Shown one piece after another: positions 25,959-37,078 of a DNA stretch of 64,000 nucleotides. Under the pieces are notes generated by a model. That model searched no databases. It saw nothing but the letters and a program-made list of their open reading frames with translations, and was not told the origin of the DNA. The DNA is from an uncultured candidatus Porisulfidus sp. (lineage in GTDB: Bacteria; Pseudomonadota; Gammaproteobacteria; Poriferisulfidales; Poriferisulfidaceae), in contig OZ241993.1 of assembly GCA_965204575.1 (NCBI GenBank), positions 1,632,001 through 1,696,000 on the forward strand, read 5' to 3'. Position 1 is the first letter of the stretch. Every line of letters starts with the position of its first letter. The position numbers were made by a program, and so were the translations under genes.

Positions 25959-27383
25959 CTAATTTCCAGTCAGCCGTTGCTCTGTTCGCTCTAGATGTTC
26001 TCGCACAATTTCACTAATTTTCGAAGTGACTCTTCGCACAACTCCACTAGTATTCTTAGTCCAAGGCAATTTGTACCAGCGACGAACGACTTCGACACCT
26101 TCAGCATTAAATTTCCCAAAACTTATCAAGCTATGTTCGGTTCCAATTTCAAAAATATAGCAGTTTTCCAGACTCGGGGCGCAAGTGACCACAACGACTA
26201 TGCGCTTCAAACTATGGTATTTGGGAGTGAGCGTTATTTTTAACTGTGCCCTTTGCATCTCGCAGTTTAAGTGAAGTTCATAAGTTTCTCGATAACTTTG
26301 ATCTCCTCCCAATATCCCCCAAATAGCTGCCGTACTTGCTTGCAAAGGATTTTGAGCTTTTTCCCGTCTAATCCTCGCAGTAACAAATTCGTCAGATCGG
26401 CTCTCCCTTGCCAGAACACGTATGATGTGTGCTTCTGATGTCGGCTCATCAAAATCAGGATGTTCGCTTACTTCTAAGTCAAAAAATTCTGAGAATTCGT
26501 CTTTCGACACTTCTTCAATTAAATCGTCAAAAAAAGTATTTACGAAAAATTCGATCTTCTCAGGCGTCGCCATATTTTCTTCAGCCTCTTCGAGTAAAGT
26601 TTGGACACTACGCGGGGCAGCAGGAACCTGTTGGTCCTCCTCCTCTAACTGCGATGGCAATTTATCTTCCTTCGCTAATTTGGCTCTCAACGAATCCAAA
26701 CTTTTTGCGTCATCGACAAACTGCTCTCGCCCAGTACCTTGGGAGATAAAAAATGGTGTTTGGTCATGGTTTTGAAGGCTCTCGTCTCTCAGAGTGTTTA
26801 TTATGTCGGTGTAATAAACGATTCCTTCATTCTTACGGAGTGCTGCGGCACGGAATGCTTCTGTAAATACACTCAGCGATTCTCCAGCAAGTGCATTTTG
26901 GGATTGAAGGCAAGAAGATATCTGTATCAGATTATTGAATCCATATTTTTTTGGGGGTTGAAGCTGGTGCTCATCGTCTGCTTTAATAAGCGATACACCA
27001 GAATTGCAAGCATCAATCACTTTAACCACCAAATTTGAGTCAGCTTGCCTTAGCAAAATGTGTAACTCATCGGATGAAAGCCCTGTTTCATTTGGCCGCT
27101 CTGAATCGAAATTTGTAGCACAATAATAAAATTCCTCATCTCGCTGGCAACCGTGTCCTGTGAAATAAAAAAACAATTCTTCTGTTTGTTGATCTGTATC
27201 AACCGCGGCACGTATTCTGGATTTAAGTTCATCAGCATCACTATTTTCAACAATCCCAATCTCAGAATATTTCCCTGTAGATTCCAATAACTCTTTCATG
27301 GCCACTAGATCGTTGGCACAACATGGTAAGACTTTTAGTGATTTATATTGAGAGTTCCCAACTAATATTGCTCTATTGACCAT
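25959..27383 (-). CDS. Caspase-family (peptidase C14) protein with uncharacterised C-terminal domain
   Basis: AILVGNSQY..L..CAND; FFYFTGHG (His); VIDACNSG (Cys); AT-rich. Confidence 0.85.
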   Translation of the reverse strand: MVNRAILVGNSQYKSLKVLPCCANDLVAMKELLESTGKYSEIGIVENSDADELKSRIRAAVDTDQQTEELFFYFTGHGCQRDEEFYYCATNFDSERPNETGLSSDELHILLRQADSNLVVKVIDACNSGVSLIKADDEHQLQPPKKYGFNNLIQISSCLQSQNALAGESLSVFTEAFRAAALRKNEGIVYYTDIINTLRDESLQNHDQTPFFISQGTGREQFVDDAKSLDSLRAKLAKEDKLPSQLEEEDQQVPAAPRSVQTLLEEAEENMATPEKIEFFVNTFFDDLIEEVSKDEFSEFFDLEVSEHPDFDEPTSEAHIIRVLARESRSDEFVTARIRREKAQNPLQASTAAIWGILGGDQSYRETYELHLNCEMQRAQLKITLTPKYHSLKRIVVVVTCAPSLENCYIFEIGTEHSLISFGKFNAEGVEVVRRWYKLPWTKNTSGVVRRVTSKISEIVREHLERTEQRLTGN

Positions 27384-27556
27384 AGCTAGTTCTCTTTCCT
27401 TATCCTAAACATTTGGCAAATTGATTCAGCAGGAGCGTGTCTCAGACACACCCCACAAGGGTAGAAATCGTGGTTTCATGTTGCATCACTCCTCATACAG
27501 CCTCTACAAAATAACCTTGTTGAGGCCGAAAGCAATTTTCATACATCCGGTTTTGT

Positions 27557-28513
27557 TTACTCAATGAACAGCGTGCTGATCGACTCGTTCCGGTGAATGC
27601 GGGAAATGGACTCCGCCAGCAGTTCGGACACGCTGAGCACGCGAATCCGGTCGCACTCTATGGCCTCCTTGCTCAGCGGAATGGTGTCCGTGACGACCAG
27701 TTCGTCCAGGGTCGAATTCGCCAGGTTCTCGATGGCCCGGCCCGACAGCACCGGGTGCGTGACATAGGCGACCACCCGCGTGGCCCCCTGCTCTTTAAGA
27801 GCCGCGGCCGCATGACACAACGTGCCCGCCGTGTCGACCATGTCGTCGACCATCACGCAGCACATGCCCTCGACCTCACCGATGATGTTCATGACTTCCG
27901 ACTCGTTGGGGTTCGGACGCCGCTTGTCGATGATGGCGAGTTCGCTGCCAAGTTGCTTGGCGAACGCGCGGGCTCGCACCACCCCGCCGATGTCCGGCGA
28001 CACCGTCACCAGCTTGTCGCCACCGTCCCGGTGCCAGATGTCCTTGATCAGGATCGGCGAAGCGTAGATGTTGTCGACCGGGATGTCGAAGAAACCCTGT
28101 TCCTGATCGGCGTGCAGGTCGATGGTCAGCAGCCGGTCGACCCCGGCCGCGGTGATGATGTTCGCCGCCAGCTTGGCCGAGATCGGCACGCGGCCCGAAC
28201 GGGCGCGGCGGTCCTGCCGCGAATAGCCGAAATACGACACCACCGCGGTGATGCGATCGGCCGAGGAGCGGCGCAGCGCATCCACGATGATCACCAGTTC
28301 CATCAGGTTCTCGTTGGTCGGCCGGCAGGTCGGCTGCACGATGAACGCATCCTTGCCGCGGACGTTCTCGTTGATCTCCACGCGCACCTCGTCGTCGCTG
28401 AAGCGGCCAATGTCCGCCTTGCCCAGCGGAATGCTGAGGTACTGGGCGATCTTCTGCGCGAGCGCCGGGTTCGCGTTCCCGCTGAACACCACCAAGTCGT
28501 CGTAATCACTCAT
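27557..28513 (-). CDS. prs: Ribose-phosphate pyrophosphokinase
   Basis: [10 protein letters not shown]; [12 protein letters not shown]; [11 protein letters not shown]. Confidence 0.98.
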   Translation of the reverse strand: MSDYDDLVVFSGNANPALAQKIAQYLSIPLGKADIGRFSDDEVRVEINENVRGKDAFIVQPTCRPTNENLMELVIIVDALRRSSADRITAVVSYFGYSRQDRRARSGRVPISAKLAANIITAAGVDRLLTIDLHADQEQGFFDIPVDNIYASPILIKDIWHRDGGDKLVTVSPDIGGVVRARAFAKQLGSELAIIDKRRPNPNESEVMNIIGEVEGMCCVMVDDMVDTAGTLCHAAAALKEQGATRVVAYVTHPVLSGRAIENLANSTLDELVVTDTIPLSKEAIECDRIRVLSVSELLAESISRIHRNESISTLFIE

Positions 28514-28540
28514 CCTGGCATCCGTCCACGATTTTAAAAA

Positions 28541-28618
28541 TGGCTGGGCCGGCAGGATTCGAACCTGCGAATGCGGGGATCAAAACCCCGTGCCTTAACC
28601 TGACTTGGCGACGGCCCA
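28541..28618 (-). tRNA. tRNA-Gln (anticodon TTG)
   Basis: TGGGCCG acceptor stem, CGGGG-TT-TTG-AT-CCCCG anticodon arm, GGTTCGAATCC T-loop, encoded CCA; conserved ispE-tRNAGln-prs position. Confidence 0.95.
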
Positions 28619-28625
28619 ACATTCT

Positions 28626-29456
28626 TCACGCCCCCTCCTGCGCCAGCAGGGGCGAGCGCGCGAGACCCGCGGCAATCCGTCCGTTCCATTCCGGCGGACA
28701 AAGCGCCAGCACGGACTCGGCCTCGCCACGATCGTCGAACCACGCGAAGACCGAGCCGCCTGAACCCGTCATTGCTGCCGGCGCATAGCGGCGCAACCAG
28801 TCCAAGCGTGTCCCCACCTCCGGCAGCCGCGACCGGAGCAATTCCTCGAACACGTTGCTCCCCCAATACGCGTCTACCTCGCCCATTTTGATGGGGCGGC
28901 TCCATTGTGTCAATTGCAGGGACCGGTACGCCTCGGCCGTGCTGACCTCCGTCGGGGTCGGCAATACCAGCGCAAATCCCTCCGGACGATCCACCGGCGT
29001 CAGCCTCTCCCCCACGCCTTCCGCCCACGCGGTGCGCCCATAGACGAACAGCGGCACGTCCGCTCCCAGCTCCAGCCCCATCCCGGCCAATTCCTCCGTT
29101 TCCCACGGTTGCCCCCACAGGCGGTTGAGCCCGTGCAGCACGGCAGCCGCATCGGAACTGCCGCCGCCCAGGCCCGCGCCGACCGCGATCCGCTTGTTGA
29201 GGAATATCGTGGCGCCACACCCCCCAGGATGCCGCGCGCGCGCCAACTCGGCGGCCCGCAGGCACAGGTTGGTTCCCGCGAAGGCCCCGTCCGCATCGTC
29301 CGCGTACTCGAAACGGTCGTCCTCGCGCGGCTCGATCGTCAGGCAATCCGTGTAGTCGATCAACTGGAACAGGGTCTGCAACTCGTGGTAGCCGTCCTCG
29401 CGGCGGCCGGTCACGTGCAGGAGCAGGTTGATCTTTGCCGGGGCGTACAGGCGCAT
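28626..29456 (-). CDS. ispE: 4-diphosphocytidyl-2-C-methyl-D-erythritol kinase
   Basis: APAKINLLLHV; GAGLGGGSSDAA; LGADVP; MTGSG. Confidence 0.96.
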   Translation of the reverse strand: MRLYAPAKINLLLHVTGRREDGYHELQTLFQLIDYTDCLTIEPREDDRFEYADDADGAFAGTNLCLRAAELARARHPGGCGATIFLNKRIAVGAGLGGGSSDAAAVLHGLNRLWGQPWETEELAGMGLELGADVPLFVYGRTAWAEGVGERLTPVDRPEGFALVLPTPTEVSTAEAYRSLQLTQWSRPIKMGEVDAYWGSNVFEELLRSRLPEVGTRLDWLRRYAPAAMTGSGGSVFAWFDDRGEAESVLALCPPEWNGRIAAGLARSPLLAQEGA

Positions 29457-29459
29457 CGA

Positions 29460-30065
29460 CTAGTTCCGGCTCCATTCGCGAACGACCAGAACGCCGCGCA
29501 TCGCCTCCTGGGCGAAACGAACACGGCCCGGCAGGGTCGGTTCCTCGCAGCAACTGTAGTCACGGTAGTTGATTTCCCATCCCTCCTGGAGGATGCGCAG
29601 GGCCCGGGCCTGCCCGTCGAGCATGACTTCGCTCGCGTCGGAGACCGGGATGCCGCGCACGAGGTTCACCAGTTCCGGCAGCGGCAGCGCAAAACCCAGA
29701 CGCTCTTGCATGATCGCCTCGAGTTCCCCCTGGAGCGTCTCTTCCCCATCGTCCAAGGTTGCCTGGCCTGTCTGCAGGCTGCCGGTTACGTGCACCGGGT
29801 TCAACCCGAACGGCCCGCTCAACCGCAGTTCAAAGTCCGTGCCCGTCTGGCGCCACTGCAGGCGGCCCTGCACCTGGCCGTCGCTCCACTGCAGGCCGAA
29901 GCGGCCTTGCAGGCCCCAGTCCTGGAGGTCCACCACGCTCTGGCGGTGCTCTTCCCAGAGCCGGATCTCTCCCGAGTCCCCCAGCCCGGTCTCTCCCGGT
30001 ATCTGGAACAGTGGGCATCCCGTCAGCAGAAGCGCCGCCAACAGGCCGAGTCCTGCTTCCCTCAT
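29460..30065 (-). CDS. lolB: Outer-membrane lipoprotein insertase LolB
   Basis: Lipobox LLTGC; W-LQGR; LSGPFG; GWEINY; position before ispE. Confidence 0.88.
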   Translation of the reverse strand: MREAGLGLLAALLLTGCPLFQIPGETGLGDSGEIRLWEEHRQSVVDLQDWGLQGRFGLQWSDGQVQGRLQWRQTGTDFELRLSGPFGLNPVHVTGSLQTGQATLDDGEETLQGELEAIMQERLGFALPLPELVNLVRGIPVSDASEVMLDGQARALRILQEGWEINYRDYSCCEEPTLPGRVRFAQEAMRGVLVVREWSRN

Positions 30066-31834
30066 AAGGAGAAGCGCTGGGCGACCTGAGCCAGGAATTC
30101 GTCGTCCGGGAGCTGGTCGATGGCTTCGCGGTAAATCTTGCGTGCTTCCTCGCGCTGCCCCCGCACCCAGAGCACCTCGACCAGGTGCGCCGCGATTTCT
30201 CCTTCGGTCATCAGCGAATACGCCCGCCGCAGCAATGCTTCCGCCTTCTTGAGATTGCCGAGCCGGTAGTGAACCCAGCCCAGGCTGTCGGTGACCGCCG
30301 CATCGTCTGGAAGCTGCGCATGCGCCCGCTCGATGTATTCCAATGCCAGTTCAAGATTGAGGTTATGGTCCGCCCAGGTATAGCCGAGCGCATTGAGCGC
30401 CTGAGCATTGTCCGGGTCTTCCGCAAGCACTGCCTGCAGATCCCGTTCCAACCAATCGATCCGGCCCAACCGCTCCGCCAGCAAGGCGCGGCTGTACAAC
30501 AGCGACGCCTGCCCCGGGTATTTCTCCAGGGCCTGGTTCAGCAAGGCAAGCCCGGCATCGTACTGCTTCAGCCCGTACAGCAGGTCCCCTTCCGCAACGT
30601 ACAGCTGCACCACGCTTTCCTCGCGCTGGCTGCGTCCGCGCGACACCCTCAGGTGCATGCGCGCCTGTTCGAGGGTCCCCGCGTTCAAGAGCAGGTGCGC
30701 GATCCGCACTCGCGCCTTCTGGTAATACTCGTCGACCCCGAAATAGTCCCGCTCCTCGACCTGGTAGTAGTAGTCCATGGCCTTCCTCTCCTCCTGGGTC
30801 TCTTCGGCAACGAGCCCGAGAAAGTAAGCACTGACCGAGCGATTCAGCGACTGCGGCTGGCCGGACACAAGCGGCCGGAGGTTGGAGGCGAGTGCGAGGA
30901 AGTGCCTCTCGGCCTCCTTCCAGTCGCCCGCCAAAAGCGCCAAGGAACCGAGGGTCATCTGCCAGTGCGGGTTGCCCGGGTCGGATTCGAGCAACTTGAG
31001 GAATTGTTCCCGCGCCTCGTCCTGCCGCCCCAGGCTGTTGAGCAAGTCCGCCATCATCTGGCGCAGGCGCTGCGCGTTCTGGATCGGTTGCGCCAAGGCT
31101 TCCTGCAGCAACACGACCGCCTCTTCGGTGCGCTCCATTGCGCGCAGGATGTCGGCCTGCAGAGTGATCGCCTCCGGCCATTGCGGGAGGAGTTCAGAGG
31201 CTCGGCGCACGGCCGCCAAGGCTTCGTCCATCTTCTCTTCCACGCGCGCAATGCCGGCCACATGGAGATGCGCGTGTGCGCTTTTCGGATAGATTTTCGT
31301 GAGCCCCCGAAGGACTTCGAGCCGAGCCGACTGCGCCTCCGGCGTCGAGAGGGAGTTCGAGACCGCGAGGAGGTCCAGTTCCAGGCTGAGCGGCGACACT
31401 TCGATGGATTCCCTGTACGCCTCAAGCGCAGCTGGAATTTCCCCGCGGGCCGCGTGGATGGAGCCCAGCACACGCCATGGATGCGGGTTTTCCGGCACCA
31501 GGTCCCGCCAGCGCAAGGCGGCTTTCAGCACGCGGTCCGGATCCTGCATCCACAGGGCGATCTCGGTTGCCCGCGAAGCGACCTGGGGGTCGTCCGTCAG
31601 CAGGGATGCCTGGTAATAATGCTCGAATGCCGCCGGCAGGTCTCCGCGGAACCCGCTCATCTCGCCCTGCAGCAGCTCGTACATCAGGTCCGCGACCGGG
31701 GTCTCGGCTGTTGCAGCCTTTTCGGGCGTTTCGGGCGTCCCGGACGTTGCGGCCGGCTCAGGCAGGGTTTGGCAGCCTGATGCCAGCCCGAGCAGCAGGA
31801 TCAGCCCCGCCACCTCGAAATCATTCCGGCTCAT
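30062..31834 (-). CDS. TPR-repeat lipoprotein (conserved hemA-divergent gene)
   Basis: LASGC lipobox; ALNALGYTWAD; DSLGWVHYRLG TPR motifs. Confidence 0.88.
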   Translation of the reverse strand: MSRNDFEVAGLILLLGLASGCQTLPEPAATSGTPETPEKAATAETPVADLMYELLQGEMSGFRGDLPAAFEHYYQASLLTDDPQVASRATEIALWMQDPDRVLKAALRWRDLVPENPHPWRVLGSIHAARGEIPAALEAYRESIEVSPLSLELDLLAVSNSLSTPEAQSARLEVLRGLTKIYPKSAHAHLHVAGIARVEEKMDEALAAVRRASELLPQWPEAITLQADILRAMERTEEAVVLLQEALAQPIQNAQRLRQMMADLLNSLGRQDEAREQFLKLLESDPGNPHWQMTLGSLALLAGDWKEAERHFLALASNLRPLVSGQPQSLNRSVSAYFLGLVAEETQEERKAMDYYYQVEERDYFGVDEYYQKARVRIAHLLLNAGTLEQARMHLRVSRGRSQREESVVQLYVAEGDLLYGLKQYDAGLALLNQALEKYPGQASLLYSRALLAERLGRIDWLERDLQAVLAEDPDNAQALNALGYTWADHNLNLELALEYIERAHAQLPDDAAVTDSLGWVHYRLGNLKKAEALLRRAYSLMTEGEIAAHLVEVLWVRGQREEARKIYREAIDQLPDDEFLAQVAQRFSL

Positions 31835-31923
31835 GCCCGCAAGCGACCTTATGGAAAGGGATTTTTGGCGTAAAATGAACAAGACAGCCGTCGCAGCACT
31901 CGGGCTCGGGAAACCGTATCATT

Positions 31924-33189
31924 ATGGCATTGGCCACCCTTGGCATCAATCATCGAACCGCCAGCCTGGACCTGCGCGAGAAAATCGCGTTCACTCCGGA
32001 TGCGCTGGACGCCGCCCTCAAGGAGCTGGCGGCACTGCCGAACATCAGCGCGGCGGTCATCCTGTCCACCTGCAACCGCACCGAGCTGTACCTCAGCCAC
32101 GACACCGCGGAGGATCTCGTACAGGCCCGGGACTGGCTCTGCCACTGGCACCAGGTGGACCCGACGGCCCTGCAGGATGCGCTGTACTGGTACGTGGCCG
32201 ACGACGCGGTGCGCCACGCCATCGAAGTCGCCAGCGGCCTGGACTCCATGGTGCCCGGCGAACCGGAGATTCTCGGCCAGTTCAAGCAGGCCTCGCGCGA
32301 TGCGGAACAGGCCGGCACGCTGGGCGGCGAACTGCACCGCCTGATCCAGCACACCTTCGCGGCCGCGAAAAAGGTCCGCACGTTGACCGAAATCAGCCGA
32401 AACCCGGTCTCCATCGCCCACGTTGCCGTCTCGCTCACCAAACAGTTTTTTGACCAGTTGCAGGAACGCCGGGCGCTGGTGATCGGGGCCGGCGAGGCCG
32501 CGCGGCTGGTGGCGCGCTACCTGAACGATGCCGGGATCGGCCACCTGACCATCGCCAACCGCAGCCTAGACCGCGCCCAGAAATTGGCCCGGGAACTGCT
32601 GGCGCACGCCATCCCGATGTCCCACATCGGCCACGCACTGGAGGACGCGGACATCGTCATCAGCAGCACGGCGAGCCCGGTGCCGGTTCTCGGCAAGGGA
32701 ATGGTCGAAGACGCCGTCCGACGGCGCAAACACCGGCCGATCTACATGGTGGACCTGGCGGTGCCGCGCGACATCGAACCGCAGATCGCGAGCCTCTCCG
32801 ACGTCTACCTGTACACCCAGGAAGATTTACGCCAGATCATCGAGAAGAATCTGCAATCCCGCGAGAACGCCCGCCAAGAAGCCAGCGCGATCATCGACCA
32901 GCAAGTGGAAGAATTCGCGCGACGCACACAAGGCGAATCCGCATTCGCCCTGATTCGCGACTACCGCGAGCAGGCGCAGGAGTTGCGCGATGAAACGCTG
33001 GAGCAAGCGCAAAAGCGGCTGAAGCGCGGCCGTGGAACCGAAGAGACGCTGGAGTGGCTCGCCCACACGCTGTGCAACCGCCTGACGCACAACCCGACTC
33101 AAGCCCTGAACGAAGCGGGCCAGGACAACGACCACTCCCTGCTCGACGCGGCACGCACCCTGCTCAAGACCCGTTCCCCGGATTCATGA
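31924..33189 (+). CDS. hemA: Glutamyl-tRNA reductase
   Basis: GINHRTA; STCNRTE; [15 protein letters not shown]; DLAVPRD. Confidence 0.97.
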   Translation: MALATLGINHRTASLDLREKIAFTPDALDAALKELAALPNISAAVILSTCNRTELYLSHDTAEDLVQARDWLCHWHQVDPTALQDALYWYVADDAVRHAIEVASGLDSMVPGEPEILGQFKQASRDAEQAGTLGGELHRLIQHTFAAAKKVRTLTEISRNPVSIAHVAVSLTKQFFDQLQERRALVIGAGEAARLVARYLNDAGIGHLTIANRSLDRAQKLARELLAHAIPMSHIGHALEDADIVISSTASPVPVLGKGMVEDAVRRRKHRPIYMVDLAVPRDIEPQIASLSDVYLYTQEDLRQIIEKNLQSRENARQEASAIIDQQVEEFARRTQGESAFALIRDYREQAQELRDETLEQAQKRLKRGRGTEETLEWLAHTLCNRLTHNPTQALNEAGQDNDHSLLDAARTLLKTRSPDS

Positions 33190-34274
33190 GGGAGTCGCTT
33201 CGGGTCCGGCTCGACCGTTCGGTCGAACGCCATGTCTGGATCCAGCAGCAGCTCGCGGACCCCGAGGTGCTGTCCGACCGGACGCTCCACCGCGACCTGT
33301 CCAGCGAATTCGCAAGGCTGGCGCCGCTGGTGGACCGGTACCAAGAGCATCAGGCCTGCCAGCAAGAACTGGAATCGATCTCCGAACTGAAGGACGAACC
33401 CGACGCCGCGCTGCGTGCCCTGGCCGATGAGGAGCGCGTACGCCTGCAGCAACGGATGGGTGAAATCGAGAAGGAAATCGAGGAACTGCTGGTCCCGGTC
33501 GACCCGCACGACCAGTGCAACGCGTTCCTTGAAATCCGGGCCGGCACCGGCGGCCACGAAGCGGCCCTGTTCGCCGGCGACCTGTTCCGGATGTACAGCC
33601 GCTACGCCGAGCGGAACGGCTGGGAGATCGAGTCGCTCAACCACAACGAGGGTGAACAAGGCGGTTTTCGTGAGGTCGTAGCGCGCGTGCGCGGGCGGGA
33701 TGCCTACGCCCGTCTCAAGTTCGAGTCCGGCGTGCACCGGGTGCAACGCGTCCCGCAGACGGAATCCCAAGGCCGGATCCATACTTCGGCGGCCACCGTC
33801 GCGGTCTTCCCGGAAACCGAAGACATCGGCGAGATCGAACTTCCCCCCGAAGACCTGCGTATCGACCGGTTCCGCGCTTCCGGCGCCGGGGGCCAACACC
33901 TGAACAAAACCGACTCTGCCGTGCGCATCACGCACTTGCCGACCGGGCTCGTGATCGAATGCCAGGACGAACGCTCGCAGCACCGCAACCGGGAGCAGGC
34001 CATGTCCCTGTTGAGGGCGCGACTGCTGGACCGGGAGCGCCAGCGGCGCGCCGAGGAAGAAGCCAGCCTTCGCCGCGACTTGATCGGCAGTGGTGACCGT
34101 TCCGAGCGAATCCGGACCTACAACTTCCCGCAGAGCCGCGTCACCGATCACCGGATCGGGCTGACCCTGCATTCCCTGCACGAAATGCTCGAAGGCGACC
34201 TCAACCCGGTTATCGACCCCCTGCGGCAAGAACACCAGGCCATGCAACTGGCCGATCAGGACGGTGGCGGCTGA
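33186..34274 (+). CDS. prfA: Peptide chain release factor 1
   Basis: [14 protein letters not shown] (PxT); GAGGQH; ATGA overlap with hemA. Confidence 0.96.
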   Translation: MRESLRVRLDRSVERHVWIQQQLADPEVLSDRTLHRDLSSEFARLAPLVDRYQEHQACQQELESISELKDEPDAALRALADEERVRLQQRMGEIEKEIEELLVPVDPHDQCNAFLEIRAGTGGHEAALFAGDLFRMYSRYAERNGWEIESLNHNEGEQGGFREVVARVRGRDAYARLKFESGVHRVQRVPQTESQGRIHTSAATVAVFPETEDIGEIELPPEDLRIDRFRASGAGGQHLNKTDSAVRITHLPTGLVIECQDERSQHRNREQAMSLLRARLLDRERQRRAEEEASLRRDLIGSGDRSERIRTYNFPQSRVTDHRIGLTLHSLHEMLEGDLNPVIDPLRQEHQAMQLADQDGGG

Positions 34275-35106
34275 GCCGCCCATCCTCCGCCAGGCGCTGC
34301 TCGAATCCCGGACCCGACTGGCTTCCTGCAGTGACAGCCCGGCGGTCGATGCCGAATGGCTGTGGAGCCATGCCCTGCGCCGCTCCCGCAGTTGGCTTCT
34401 CGCGCATCCGGAATGGCCACTGACGCCAGCCGAGCAGGCGCGGGGCGAATCCCTGGTTCGTCGCCGGCAGGACGGCCACTCGATCACCCATCTTTGCGGC
34501 GAGTGCGAATTCCTGGATTTCTCGGTCCGGCTGACTTCCCAGGTCCTGGCGCCCCGCCCCGAAACCGAGCTGCTCGTCGAACAGGCGTTGCGCGGGCTGC
34601 CGCGCCGGGCGCGCATCCTCGAGTGGGGCACCGGCAGCGGCGTGCTTGCCCTGGCCCTCGCCCGAGCCCGGCCGGACTGCCGGATTCTGGCCCTGGATCA
34701 TTCGCGTACTGCGGTCGAACTGGCTCAAAGCAATGCCCTGCGGCTACGCCTGAAGAATGTCCGGTTTATGCGAGCCGACTGGCGTCGCCCCTGGCCCAGA
34801 GGAGCCTTCGACCTGATTCTGGGAAACCCACCCTACGTGGCCCTGCACGATCCGCACCTGCAATCTCCCGGGGTCTGCCAAGAGCCCCGCTCTGCGCTGG
34901 TCGCCCCGGCCCAGGGAACCCAAGCGACCCGGGTCCTGGCCGCGCAAGCGCGACGCCGCGCGCACCGGCGTACCCGGCTCCTGCTGGAGCATGGGGCAGA
35001 TCAGGGTGATGCTTGCCGGAAGATTATTCGGCAAGCAGGATGGGGGCATGCAAAAACCCTGCTCGACTTGGCTAGCCTGCCACGGGCCTGCTTGGCATCG
35101 CGCTGA
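34264..35106 (+). CDS. prmC: Release factor glutamine methyltransferase
   Basis: [10 protein letters not shown]; GTGSG; NPPY. Confidence 0.93.
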   Translation: MAAEPPILRQALLESRTRLASCSDSPAVDAEWLWSHALRRSRSWLLAHPEWPLTPAEQARGESLVRRRQDGHSITHLCGECEFLDFSVRLTSQVLAPRPETELLVEQALRGLPRRARILEWGTGSGVLALALARARPDCRILALDHSRTAVELAQSNALRLRLKNVRFMRADWRRPWPRGAFDLILGNPPYVALHDPHLQSPGVCQEPRSALVAPAQGTQATRVLAAQARRRAHRRTRLLLEHGADQGDACRKIIRQAGWGHAKTLLDLASLPRACLASR

Positions 35107-35208
35107 TTGGTCATAGAAGCAAAACCAAGCAATGCTATTTCCACCGTAATGATCCCATGAAATACTAAATAAATAGCATAGTTGACAAAAAAATGTTATA
35201 ATTTGATT

Positions 35209-36423
35209 ATGATCCACAGATTCTGCATTAATAATTTCCAGTCGATCCGGGAAGCTGTTGAGCTTGACTTTCGAATTCCCGGGACGACTCCGGAAATGCC
35301 TTGTTTCCGGAAAAGCCGGTCACGGCCTGATGTTCGCCTGCCGAGTTCAGTTGTACTAGTTGGCCCAAATGGATCCGGAAAAAGTACTTTGCTGAGAGCG
35401 ATGGTCGAGACTATACGCTTTGTTGCATATTCATATGGTAATCAATCGGGCAATATTCCAGGTTTCCTTCCATTTCTGTCATTGGAAACATTGTCTTCTT
35501 CTACACGGGTTGAAGTAGATTTCGATGCTTTCTGGTTCAAGTCTGGTGAGAATTCCGTAGATTCGCTACTTCGATATACCTTGGAGTTGGAGCGGGAGGA
35601 GAAAAACCCGTTTGTTCCTAGAGTTGGTCACGAAGCGTTATATTCTTTTCCAAAGGGACGCCCTCGCCGTCTACTGGAACGGAAGAAAGGACAGCCCGTT
35701 TATGTCGCGAAAGAAATAGGGCTACGTCCCCGCGATGATCGCCTCTCTTCAATTCCTGATAATGCTTCGGTTATTTCGAGTCTAGCAAGAATGGGAGTGG
35801 GCTCGTTCTTAGAAGTCCTGCAAGACATTAACGGTGTGCAAACGAATGTAAGTATCACCGACCCTGACCCTTGGAGGCCTGACACGCAAGTAGTTACTCA
35901 TTACTATCGAGATCGTAAGGATCTTGTAGAGAAAATCTCAAACAAATTGCGCCGTTTCGATCTTGGGATTAAAGATATGAACCTTCAACCGACAGAAGAC
36001 GGAGAATGGCTCTTAACATTCGAACATCATGGCCTTAGTACCCCGATAATCTTACCAAAAGAATCGGCAGGAACACGCCACTTGGTACACACCTTCCCTT
36101 CTCTTAATTACGCGATAGATACTGGCCAATTGGCGATTATGGATGCTCTTGACTCTGACTTTCACACGGAACTTTCGGTGGAAATTATCAACTGGTTTCG
36201 ACGAAAAGAAACTAATCCAATCAAAGCGCAATTGTTTTGCGCGCTTCACAATTTATCCATTTTGGACGATCTTGAAAAGGAGGAAATCTTCATCGTCGAA
36301 AAAGACCGGAGTGGCACAACTCGCGTACATGGCGCGCGCGATGTTGCTGGGCTGCGGCGTGGAACCAATCTTCAAAAACAGTATCGCAGCGGCGCTTTAG
36401 GCGGGCTGCCAGCCTTCGGCTGA
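35209..36423 (+). CDS. AAA_21 ATPase, RloA/AbiLi-like
   Basis: NNFQSI; GPNGSGKS Walker A; ESAGT signature; D-x-LDSDFH; YRSGALGGLP C-terminus. Confidence 0.85.
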   Translation: MIHRFCINNFQSIREAVELDFRIPGTTPEMPCFRKSRSRPDVRLPSSVVLVGPNGSGKSTLLRAMVETIRFVAYSYGNQSGNIPGFLPFLSLETLSSSTRVEVDFDAFWFKSGENSVDSLLRYTLELEREEKNPFVPRVGHEALYSFPKGRPRRLLERKKGQPVYVAKEIGLRPRDDRLSSIPDNASVISSLARMGVGSFLEVLQDINGVQTNVSITDPDPWRPDTQVVTHYYRDRKDLVEKISNKLRRFDLGIKDMNLQPTEDGEWLLTFEHHGLSTPIILPKESAGTRHLVHTFPSLNYAIDTGQLAIMDALDSDFHTELSVEIINWFRRKETNPIKAQLFCALHNLSILDDLEKEEIFIVEKDRSGTTRVHGARDVAGLRRGTNLQKQYRSGALGGLPAFG

Positions 36424-36426
36424 CGA

Positions 36427-36990
36427 ATGCCGCCTCGCTTCTCGGTCCCGGAGCGAAAACGCTTCTTTGTCGGTGCCGAAGGCGAAAGCGAACGGTCGTT
36501 CGCAACCTGGCTTAGACGTCTTTGCGACGAAGCCAACCTTTATGTTCATTTGGATGTCTTCGTCTGCGGTGGAGGAGATGGTTTTGAGATCGCGAATTAT
36601 GCCGCGAAACAATACCGGAGGCGAATTCGCGAACATGGCCAGTTTGTCTCTGGACTGATCCTCCTAGACTCCGACCGGGTCGAACAAGACCGTTTGCATG
36701 GTCGTAATCCAGAGGCGGCCCTGAAAGGCCAAGAAGGACTATGTGTAGTTTATCTAAAGCCAAACCTCGAAGGATTGTTGCTGCGGCTCCACCAAGACCA
36801 CGGACAAGATGTCGTGCCAGCAGGCAATACCCTGAGGGCTCTTCGAAAACTGTGGCCTAGTTATGTGAAACCCGCATCAGCCGATGCGTTAAGTGAGCGC
36901 TTCAGTTTGAGCGACCTTCAGCGTGCATCCCGCCAGGACACTGATCTTCAAAAAATCCTGGCGACACTCGGATTGTCACGTGATAACTAG
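36427..36990 (+). CDS. RloB/AbiLii-like TOPRIM-fold partner
   Basis: FFVGAEGESE; LDSD (DxD); PNLEGLLLRLH; 3 bp after the ATPase stop. Confidence 0.75.
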   Translation: MPPRFSVPERKRFFVGAEGESERSFATWLRRLCDEANLYVHLDVFVCGGGDGFEIANYAAKQYRRRIREHGQFVSGLILLDSDRVEQDRLHGRNPEAALKGQEGLCVVYLKPNLEGLLLRLHQDHGQDVVPAGNTLRALRKLWPSYVKPASADALSERFSLSDLQRASRQDTDLQKILATLGLSRDN

Positions 36991-37078
36991 ATGCCTAGTT
37001 CGATTCTTTCAGCCAACTAATCTAGGGTCTCAGTTTAACTCTCAATCAAAATGCAGGCCTGAACGAGCCCGTGAAAAG

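Noticed and set aside
28541-28618. tRNA-Gln as integration site for the caspase/R-M islet
   Set aside because: prs lies between them; no duplicated tRNA 3' end or integrase seen
35182-35202. TTGACA + TATAAT as a canonical -35/-10 promoter
   Set aside because: Spacing is only 9 bp; only the extended -10 is credible
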